DNA from: a virus
Taxonomy: Duplodnaviria; Caudoviricetes
DNA length: 64,000 nucleotides
Strand: one strand, 5' to 3'
IMG/VR virus record: IMGVR_UViG_3300016472_000180
Coordinates: 1,525 to 65,524 of that record
Shown: positions 28,064 to 34,487 of the stretch, in pieces
Numbering within the stretch: the stretch's first letter is position 1
Layout of the letters: each line of letters begins with the position of its first letter
Notes under the pieces: model-generated
The model's input: the letters and a program-made list of their open reading frames with translations, nothing else
What the model was told of the DNA's origin: nothing
Database searches by the model: none
Translations under genes and position numbers: made by a program

Positions 28064-28136
28064 TAGGTTGAGTGGGAGTCGAACCCACACTGGGTAGATT
28101 TTAAGTCTACTGCCTCTGCCATTGGGCTACCAACCT
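28064..28136 (-). tRNA. trnL: tRNA-Leu (anticodon UAA), short variable loop
   Basis: AGGTTGG/TCAACCT acceptor stem; GTAGA-CTTAAAA-TCTAC anticodon arm; GTGGG-TTCGACT-CCCAC T arm; no encoded CCA. Confidence 0.88.
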
Positions 28137-28141
28137 CGATA

Positions 28142-28399
28142 TTAAAACCAATCCAACTGATGCCACTCGCCTCTTGGGATTGGGCGTTCACTGATAACAT
28201 AACCACAATCATTATTACTAAGGAAGAATCCAGATACCAAATAGACCGAGTTTGTAAAGTTGTTTTGAAACACAGTCCACACCCTGTTTTCTTTCTTTGC
28301 TTTAATAAACTCTTCAGATGAGCTTTGATCGCTACGGATTTCTTTTAGATATCCCCAGTTCCTGTTAATATTTTTTGATGGTATGTTTTCCATAGTCAT
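28142..28399 (-). CDS. Hypothetical protein
   Basis: 85-aa ORF coupled to the upstream gene. Confidence 0.6.
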   Translation of the reverse strand: MTMENIPSKNINRNWGYLKEIRSDQSSSEEFIKAKKENRVWTVFQNNFTNSVYLVSGFFLSNNDCGYVISERPIPRGEWHQLDWF

Positions 28400-29238
28400 A
28401 ACTTGATAATAAACTTTGAGTCCTGTACCTTGCCCTTTGGGGACAATATAACTACGCTGCCCTTTGGATCCTTGAATCTTTCATCAGTTATATCTCCACT
28501 GATAACATTAAACTTGGTTTGCTTGGGGTCATTAGGAAACACACAATAACCACGGTTAAGAACATCTTCATAGTTAGAACACACAACGGACACATTCTTC
28601 TTCTCATTCAAGAACCGTAAACAATGGTCTAGGTTCCAACCTGAATAACTAAAGGTTAGGTGCAGTTGTGGATCTTGTTTCTTATTGCAAGGATTACCCA
28701 AGGAATCAACATCATCATTACGATTCACAGCATCCATTAGTTCAGGTCGCTTGGTATAATCATAGTTGATAGAACCAAAGGTATAGATAATGGGTGCTAT
28801 AGTAAACCAACTGACATCACTGATTACATTACTACGGAAAGCCCATTGACCCCAGCCATGCCTAGCGGTACATAATCCTAGTTCATAGAACAAGGTAGAA
28901 AAGAATACCTCGGGGTCTTGTGCAAGTAAGTGTGTCTTACGGATTCTAGCCTGTTGGACACAACTCATTTTACCACGACCTGATTTACCAAGGCAAGCCG
29001 ATTCACATTCCGCAGACCGTGATGGACACAACTGGTAACCACTAGATGCAGCGGGAGCCAATGATAATCCATAGGTTGGAATACTGGATTTGTTTAGTTT
29101 AGTATTACCATTGGGCGGAGTCAGTAACTTGAAGCCTAGGTGGAAACGCTTGCGATTTGTGTAACACTTGACGGCTTCATTATATCCTTGTCTAATAGTT
29201 TCTTCAGGTAGAGGTTGTGTAGTTGTTAGGTTCAACAT
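28396..29238 (-). CDS. GP88-like phage protein (Cys cluster)
   Basis: GNTKLNK, LSLAPA, CPSRSAECESACLGKSGRG, FRSNVISD, DYTK, LTFS, GDITDERF. Confidence 0.75.
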   Translation of the reverse strand: MLNLTTTQPLPEETIRQGYNEAVKCYTNRKRFHLGFKLLTPPNGNTKLNKSSIPTYGLSLAPAASSGYQLCPSRSAECESACLGKSGRGKMSCVQQARIRKTHLLAQDPEVFFSTLFYELGLCTARHGWGQWAFRSNVISDVSWFTIAPIIYTFGSINYDYTKRPELMDAVNRNDDVDSLGNPCNKKQDPQLHLTFSYSGWNLDHCLRFLNEKKNVSVVCSNYEDVLNRGYCVFPNDPKQTKFNVISGDITDERFKDPKGSVVILSPKGKVQDSKFIIKL

Positions 29239-29352
29239 TCTTTATCCATTTGAGTAGAGTTAGATACTTGTCTCTAGTTTCCTTATCTTGATAGTATTCA
29301 TACGCCAGTTTTACTGCTGCAACTAACAAGTCTTTTGTTTCTTTGTTGATAC

Positions 29353-29706
29353 TCACAGTTTTACCAGGCTCCCTTCATTGTTAGAGTAGAATATTTTATT
29401 AAAGATTTCGGTACACCACAACATACAAATAGGACACGGTTTAGATAACCCGATAAGACCATTAGCCTTGAACCTGTAGTTCACAAGCGTAAGATTCTTC
29501 AGACCCATATGCTGAACCTTGCGGTAAGCATCCAGTTCTGAATGCAAGTATGGAGTTCTATAGCCCATCCGTAATGCTTTGGGATGCATCTTTGTATGGT
29601 TAGTACCCCACGCCAACAGTTTATTTCTGCGGTATATCAAAGAGATATGCATACGATGCCGAGGAATATTAGTGGCTATTCTTTTTATTTCCTCTAGGTT
29701 CTGCAA
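29353..29706 (-). CDS. Zn-dependent deaminase fold protein (CMP/dCMP deaminase-like)
   Basis: LHSE ... SKPCPIC (HxE...PCxxC). Confidence 0.75.
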   Translation of the reverse strand: MQNLEEIKRIATNIPRHRMHISLIYRRNKLLAWGTNHTKMHPKALRMGYRTPYLHSELDAYRKVQHMGLKNLTLVNYRFKANGLIGLSKPCPICMLWCTEIFNKIFYSNNEGSLVKL

Positions 29707-29854
29707 GTTTCCTTACCTCATAGTTAGACTTATGAATCAACCATAGATTACGCCAAGTGTCTGCCTCTGATTTTGTTTTCCATACTGCGGGATTCTCTCT
29801 GTCTTCCATTAGCCATCCTTTATTTTTACCTGTTATAATATAGATACCATACAT
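29669..29854 (-). CDS. Hypothetical protein
   Basis: MYGIYIITGKNKGWL...; start placed downstream of tRNA-Ile. Confidence 0.5.
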   Translation of the reverse strand: MYGIYIITGKNKGWLMEDRENPAVWKTKSEADTWRNLWLIHKSNYEVRKLAEPRGNKKNSH

Positions 29855-29856
29855 AA

Positions 29857-29931
29857 TCGGGCTGGCGGGAATCGAACCCACATGAGCGCGCTTATAAGGC
29901 ACGACCTTTTACCAATATCAGGCACAGCCCA
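29857..29931 (-). tRNA. trnI: tRNA-Ile (anticodon UAU)
   Basis: TGGGCTG/CAGCCCG acceptor stem; CGTGC-CTTATAA-GCGCG anticodon arm; GTGGG-TTCGATT-CCCGC T arm. Confidence 0.82.
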
Positions 29932-29962
29932 ATACCCATAGAGTTTATCTATGGGTTTTACT

Positions 29963-30202
29963 TTAGTTATTCATATCATCTGTATCATCATTCATATTGA
30001 ACAGAAAATCAACATCGAACCACTCAAAGGAAGTCTGCAATAACTTCTGATAGTTACCGCTTGTTGCTTCCTGAAGATACTGATCAACTTCTGTATCTGA
30101 AAGACCCGCTCGACGGGCTGCATTCTTACATTTAGAAAGAATTTTCATAGCATTACCATCATATATAGTTACCTTGACATCAGGATACTTTGGGTCTTTC
30201 AT
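29963..30202 (-). CDS. Conserved phage hypothetical protein
   Basis: DGNAMKIL...AARRAG....YLQEATSGNYQKLLQ pattern. Confidence 0.65.
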   Translation of the reverse strand: MKDPKYPDVKVTIYDGNAMKILSKCKNAARRAGLSDTEVDQYLQEATSGNYQKLLQTSFEWFDVDFLFNMNDDTDDMNN

Positions 30203-30206
30203 GGTA

Positions 30207-30620
30207 TTATCCTTGCAATAAACCAGTGGTTTCTGAAAGATCAATATACTCCTTGTGTGTAGTATCGGGTGGGATATCTCTAATAACTTCATCCAAAAGA
30301 CCCGACTCTAGAATAAACCGAAGAAGTTCCTCTCGTGATAGATGCTCGTGGTTACAGAACTTGATACCAAGATACTCATATCCTTTCAGGATATCGTCCA
30401 ACAGTTCTTCTCTACAGGATTCAAATGAAACAGGAAAATCAATACCAAACTCTGAAAGCCTAGTGCGATCCGTTGTCCACGGTGCTTTCTCAAAATCATA
30501 ATGCATCATCCAGTAGTCATAGTCCTTATTGTCATTGTTGACAATCAAAGATTCAATCATAGCCCGACGATGCTGACGCTTGTTAGAGATAATAGATTCG
30601 ATTTGTTCATTACTGTGCAT
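30207..30620 (-). CDS. Hypothetical protein
   Basis: GIKFCNHEHLSREELL...LDE; acidic. Confidence 0.55.
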   Translation of the reverse strand: MHSNEQIESIISNKRQHRRAMIESLIVNNDNKDYDYWMMHYDFEKAPWTTDRTRLSEFGIDFPVSFESCREELLDDILKGYEYLGIKFCNHEHLSREELLRFILESGLLDEVIRDIPPDTTHKEYIDLSETTGLLQG

Positions 30621-30966
30621 TAGAAAGTTCCTGTGATAACTTTGTTGTGTTGCGATACATCCATTCCTTGGAGACAATAGTTTCGTACCAGTCTTGAATA
30701 CTTGGGATACGCCCCAAGTCTTCGATAACATGCTGTTCACCAATCAGTCTAACAGGGATTTCCTTACGATCACTGTTTACTAGAATAGAACCAAAGAACT
30801 TTTCAAGTTGAAAGATACCCATTGAATGGTGTCTCAATGCCCTATGTCTGAAGTCAGCATATGCAGATTTGCTTTCGTCAAACCATGCATGAATGCTAGT
30901 GTAATCGCTTGGACAGCCACCAAACTTTTTCACAGAAGATAATGCGTGATGGTATGGGTGGCTCAT
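30610..30966 (-). CDS. DUF6915-like protein
   Basis: MSHPYHHALSSVKKFGG..DY..IHAWFDESK...DFRHRALRHH..GIF...IGEQHVIEDLG.IPS..DW. Confidence 0.8.
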   Translation of the reverse strand: MSHPYHHALSSVKKFGGCPSDYTSIHAWFDESKSAYADFRHRALRHHSMGIFQLEKFFGSILVNSDRKEIPVRLIGEQHVIEDLGRIPSIQDWYETIVSKEWMYRNTTKLSQELSNAQ

Positions 30967-31289
30967 TAGAATGTTAGAATAATATGGTCGGTTTCGTAAG
31001 TAGTGATTACCATGTTGTTTATAATCTTGATATTGACCTCATCATTTGACAAGGTAATAAAGATTTCACCGTTGCTGCCTTCATTGATTTCCCAGCCTGC
31101 ATAATGATCACACAAGGTGGTATACATAAAATCACGCAAAGCCTCTGAAACATTCCATGGGACAACAGATTCCTTTGGGGTAAAATCAGGAGAATCCAGC
31201 ATACCCTCATCACCATATCCTGTATAACTCAAATAAACTTCAGTAACACCCAATGATCTCAACGCCGCAAAGATGTTTTCTTTTTCCAT
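30966..31289 (-). CDS. DUF6878-like protein
   Basis: LRSLGVTEVYLSYTGYGDEG ... AGWEINEGSNG. Confidence 0.65.
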   Translation of the reverse strand: MEKENIFAALRSLGVTEVYLSYTGYGDEGMLDSPDFTPKESVVPWNVSEALRDFMYTTLCDHYAGWEINEGSNGEIFITLSNDEVNIKIINNMVITTYETDHIILTF

Positions 31290-31403
31290 AGTTTCTCCAT
31301 TAGTAGTGCAAATACTAAAGTCAAACCAAGAACCAGTAAAGATACTGGGGTCAAGTCAATGAAACAGAGAATGATACACAATAGAAAGAACACTAGGGTT
31401 GTA

Positions 31404-31832
31404 TTAGTTTGTTTCATACAACTTTAGGAAAGATTCCTTTAGGGAACATGGCACAGATGGATCGTCAATCTCCCACTCTAAAGACTCAAGGGGTGAGGTA
31501 GAATCCCACATTCCAATGAAACCAATACCAGCTTCGGCATATTCCAACATGATATTCCCATCATACATATTTGCTAGGGAATCAAAGAAAGAAATAGGTG
31601 GACTCCATGCCGTAAGAAACTGTAAGGTAACAATATCCCCATCCTTGGAGATATCTATATCTTCGCAGGATACATCCCACTTTGTGTTCCACTTGTTACA
31701 ATGATCTTCTATAGAATCTTCTGCGGGAACATATTTAGAGAAAAACTCTCCATTACCAAGAGAAACATATTCATAAATCTCTTTGGCGATTTCACCAGAC
31801 AATGTAACTTTATTCATGCACCAGTTTGGCAT
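31404..31832 (-). CDS. DUF1281/YubB-like ferredoxin-fold protein
   Basis: MPNWCMN, WNTKWD, FLTAWSPP, YAEAG. Confidence 0.8.
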   Translation of the reverse strand: MPNWCMNKVTLSGEIAKEIYEYVSLGNGEFFSKYVPAEDSIEDHCNKWNTKWDVSCEDIDISKDGDIVTLQFLTAWSPPISFFDSLANMYDGNIMLEYAEAGIGFIGMWDSTSPLESLEWEIDDPSVPCSLKESFLKLYETN

Positions 31833-32104
31833 TAGATACTCCGAAAGATTTTTCCAAGATATGCAGAAACCATTCCTGCAAGGGCAAACAATAGACCAAG
31901 ACTGATCCAAGCGGCGGGTGGCATTACACCTTTATCATGATCATACAATCCCCACAGTGCAACAATAATCATACCAATAATAAAGACAAGACAAATAATA
32001 TCCCAGCCCACCCACCTGTTTGTATTAGACCTGAAATAAATCGCAATCGATGCACCACAAGCGATACACCAAGTAAACATAGCAATACCAAGAATCCAAG
32101 CCAT
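31832..32104 (-). CDS. Three-TM membrane protein
   Basis: Three hydrophobic segments; GGAGA RBS. Confidence 0.65.
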   Translation of the reverse strand: MAWILGIAMFTWCIACGASIAIYFRSNTNRWVGWDIICLVFIIGMIIVALWGLYDHDKGVMPPAAWISLGLLFALAGMVSAYLGKIFRSI

Positions 32105-32131
32105 ATGTTATCTCCATTATGATTCCTAACA

Positions 32132-32156
32132 ATACATATCCACCATGGATATGCAT
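32132..32156 (-). promoter_or_regulatory. ATGGT-loop hairpin, copy D
   Basis: ATGCATATCC-ATGGT-GGATATGTAT upstream of RBS. Confidence 0.75.
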
Positions 32157-32159
32157 GAA

Positions 32160-32530
32160 AGAAACAAGTACCCCTGTGCATACCCGTCGATATACACAGG
32201 ACGCACTATGCTTATTACTCTGTTTATACTCGCATAGTCGAGTAATCATCTTTCATATCAGGATATATTATCAGTAAGGTAAAGACAATCATAAAAACCT
32301 TATCAGCCATTTGTCCCCTAAATGGTCATACCATAGTGGAAGGACTATAAACCCACTACTACACCCTTGCGGGGCGTTTATTATTTAGGTTTGCATCGCC
32401 TAAACAATATCCTATTGCGGCTTACCGTTGCAACGGATCCGCCATAAAGATTGGATTGAAAGAAATACTAGGGATTTCTCCCTAGTATTCCATGGTGTGG
32501 TGTTTATAGATAACACCTAACTATCTTACG
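32160..32530 (-). ncRNA. Candidate structured non-coding RNA
   Basis: No credible ORF; consecutive stem-loops and two interleaved 7-bp helices. Confidence 0.5.
32458..32489 (-). terminator. Terminator-like hairpin, GAAA loop
   Basis: AATACTAGGGA-GAAA-TCCCTAGTATT + TCTTTC. Confidence 0.65.
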
Positions 32531-32539
32531 GAGATAAGA

Positions 32540-32725
32540 TTATTCCTCGAAATACTGGGACGATGGCAAGTTCAATGCCTTGTTGATAGCAATAACATTG
32601 TCTTCCACAGTCAACACCGCAGCGGTCAACGCTTGCCGCAGTTCAGCCACTTCAGACTTGAGATTATTCAGTTGTGTTTGTGTTGCATACAACATCTTTG
32701 CCAGTTCTTCCATACTGTTATTCAT
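32540..32725 (-). CDS. Small coiled-coil protein
   Basis: GGAGA RBS; 61 aa. Confidence 0.65.
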   Translation of the reverse strand: MNNSMEELAKMLYATQTQLNNLKSEVAELRQALTAAVLTVEDNVIAINKALNLPSSQYFEE

Positions 32726-32752
32726 TGTTTTTTCTCCATAAAAAACTCTGAA

Positions 32753-33100
32753 CTACATACTCACCATGAATATGTAAACTTCCAAACCAAGGTCTTGTGC
32801 TAGGGTAATCATGGACTTTGTTCCCCTAGATTGTCCATCCCAAATGGCGATAAGTGCATCGGCATTTTCCGCCATTTGTTTATTGCGGATATACCCTGCA
32901 CTCTTGCCATAAGTAGCCCATTGTGCAGGGTATGAATGGACTGGGATACCATTAGCAATAGACCATTGTTTGCCAAGTGTATCCACCCCACGCGCTTCAC
33001 CGCAAACAGTAGCGGTAATCTCAAATTTCGATTCCAGTATTGCAGACTCAACAATACTAGGGTCAACAATATCCCTAGATCCTGCAATGATTGTTCTCAT
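32753..33100 (-). CDS. SLOG family protein (YspA/DUF2493-like)
   Basis: MRTIIAGSR, VCGEARGVD, AGYIRNKQM, IAIWDGQSRGTKSMI. Confidence 0.88.
   Translation of the reverse strand: MRTIIAGSRDIVDPSIVESAILESKFEITATVCGEARGVDTLGKQWSIANGIPVHSYPAQWATYGKSAGYIRNKQMAENADALIAIWDGQSRGTKSMITLAQDLGLEVYIFMVSM
32754..32776 (-). promoter_or_regulatory. ATGGT-loop hairpin, copy C
   Basis: TACATATTC-ATGGT-GAGTATGTA then GTTCAGAG. Confidence 0.75.
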
Positions 33101-33129
33101 TCTGTTATCTCCATAAAGAACTCTGAACC

Positions 33130-33154
33130 ATACATACCCACCATAGGTATGTAT
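33130..33154 (-). promoter_or_regulatory. ATGGT-loop hairpin, copy B
   Basis: ATACATACCT-ATGGT-GGGTATGTAT then GGTTCAGAG. Confidence 0.75.
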
Positions 33155-33155
33155 T

Positions 33156-33187
33156 GAAAAGAATACTGGGGATTTCTCCCCAATATT
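33156..33187 (-). terminator. Terminator-like hairpin, GAAA loop
   Basis: AATATTGGGGA-GAAA-TCCCCAGTATT + CTTTTC. Confidence 0.65.
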
Positions 33188-33195
33188 CCAATGTG

Positions 33196-33453
33196 TTATC
33201 GGCAAGGTGTGCCGCATGGATAATACCCATGCAACTTGCCATAGGCTTCCCATGATTCTGCGAAAGCCATTGCTTCATCATAGGTCAATCCATCTTCATC
33301 CCGACCATCTTCAACTTCAATCCACATTTCACGCTCATTTTCTTCCGCAAGTTCCTCTTGCAGTTCCATTTGTTCAGCCACAGACAACTCCTCTGCGATC
33401 AACTCACAAAACCAACCAACATCAAACTCATTTGAAGAATCATACTCTTTCAT
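33196..33453 (-). CDS. Highly acidic early protein (85 aa)
   Basis: 25 D/E versus 5 K/R by hand count; GGAGA RBS. Confidence 0.7.
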   Translation of the reverse strand: MKEYDSSNEFDVGWFCELIAEELSVAEQMELQEELAEENEREMWIEVEDGRDEDGLTYDEAMAFAESWEAYGKLHGYYPCGTPCR

Positions 33454-33482
33454 TTTTTTCTCCGTACACAACACTCTGAACA

Positions 33483-33507
33483 ATACATATCCACCATAGA
33501 TATGTAT
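33483..33507 (-). promoter_or_regulatory. ATGGT-loop hairpin, copy A
   Basis: ATACATATCT-ATGGT-GGATATGTAT then TGTTCAGAG. Confidence 0.75.
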
Positions 33508-33533
33508 ATTTTTGCCCCGTGGCATCGACAATG

Positions 33534-33564
33534 GGGTACAATTGAGCCGCCCAATCGCCCCGAT
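33534..33564. repeat. 31-bp direct repeat, copy 1
   Basis: GGGTACAATTGAGCCGCCCAATCGCCCCGAT; 30/31 identical to 34093-34123. Confidence 0.9.
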
Positions 33565-33570
33565 TCCACC

Positions 33571-33618
33571 AAAAAAAGCAGGGGATATCGTGAGCATTAT
33601 ACTCACGATATCCCCCGC
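33571..33618 (-). terminator. Strong intrinsic terminator after the first early gene
   Basis: 17-bp stem GCGGGGGATATCGTGAG/CTCACGATATCCCCTGC + T7. Confidence 0.9.
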
Positions 33619-33628
33619 ATGACCCGTA

Positions 33629-34042
33629 TCAGTACGGGAGTCCGAACGCTCCCGTGAACGCCACCGATTCAGCAGTATTCTTGGGGCGATTCTTGGAGCC
33701 AAGTGGTCGCCCACGCTTGCGCCCGCCCAACCCCGCCTCCGCCTCACGCGCCACCGTGCGCTGGAGTGCCTGCGCCTGCGGAGGAGTGGCACGAGTAGGC
33801 TCCACCGTAGTGCGAATGCTGCCATCGCCCGTGAACGCGGGGGACTTGGTTCCTTCAACATATCGGGCATTATCAAACAATCCGACGCTCAACTTCACTT
33901 CATCGGAACAACCAGACTCCGCCCGCTCCCACAGAGTACGCAGATCCGCCTTCGTGAGCGTCACGGACACGCTGATACGAGGCCCATTTGCCACAGTGCC
34001 ATCATTCAGCCACGCTGCTGCCTTACCAACCTTCTTGAACAT
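33629..34042 (-). CDS. First early gene; AT-hook-containing protein
   Basis: AGGAG RBS, start MFKKVG; RKRGRPLGSKNRPK near the C-terminus. Confidence 0.7.
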   Translation of the reverse strand: MFKKVGKAAAWLNDGTVANGPRISVSVTLTKADLRTLWERAESGCSDEVKLSVGLFDNARYVEGTKSPAFTGDGSIRTTVEPTRATPPQAQALQRTVAREAEAGLGGRKRGRPLGSKNRPKNTAESVAFTGAFGLPY

Positions 34043-34092
34043 TATTATATCTCCTAAAGATGCGAAACAATCCCACGGCGGGACTGTCGCAA

Positions 34093-34123
34093 GGGTACGA
34101 TTGAGCCGCCCAATCGCCCCGAT
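34093..34123. repeat. 31-bp direct repeat, copy 2
   Basis: GGGTACGATTGAGCCGCCCAATCGCCCCGAT. Confidence 0.9.
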
Positions 34124-34129
34124 GCCTTG

Positions 34130-34470
34130 CTGCCACCGAAGGTGACCACCACCGACCCCCCCCCTTGTGTGCGCGTGCATGGGCGTGTGCATGGGTGCGC
34201 GGATCTCGCGCGGGGGGGCGCGGGGGGGTGCGTGCGCGGGACCACGGGAGTGGTACCCCCTTGTAAATTTTTGGTACCTAAGTCGATTTCTACGGGATAC
34301 CCAAGTCAATACATTTTATTATTGTTGTGTTGTTCTGACTTGGTTGACCGTAGAGAACCTTAGGTTAATCCCAAAGTACCTTAGGTTAACCATAGTAACC
34401 TTAGGTAAGAATAACCACAACAATCTTTAAACCTAAGTGATCTATGGTTAACCTAAGTAAACTACAGTAT
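34130..34470. other. Probable genome terminus / terminal repeat region
   Basis: Non-coding gap between the last virion gene and the first early gene; G/C runs, then an abrupt AT shift with CCTTAGG/ACCTAAGT short repeats. Confidence 0.65.
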
Positions 34471-34472
34471 CA

Positions 34473-34487
34473 TCTATAGCCCCAACT
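34473..34487 (-). promoter_or_regulatory. Putative phage promoter facing the genome end (phiOR-like position)
   Basis: AGTTGGGGCTATAGA overlapping the stop of the 4311-aa gene. Confidence 0.6.

Noticed and set aside
29669-29902. ORF start inside tRNA-Ile
   Set aside because: The first codons are tRNA sequence; a start at 29854 avoids the overlap.
32200-32310. Hammerhead ribozyme from CTGATA/GAAAG fragments
   Set aside because: The CUGANGA core is not matched (CTGATAA, CTGATAT) and the flanking helices do not fit the topology.
32127-33507. ATGGT hairpins as sigma70 promoters (TATGGT as -10)
   Set aside because: Two copies have CATGGT, and none has a consistent -35 hexamer at 16-18 bp.
33196-34309. 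226-aa ORFs 33196-33876 and 33629-34309 as given
   Set aside because: Their extensions cross terminators, repeats and the GC-rich end region. RBS positions support starts at 33453 and 34042.
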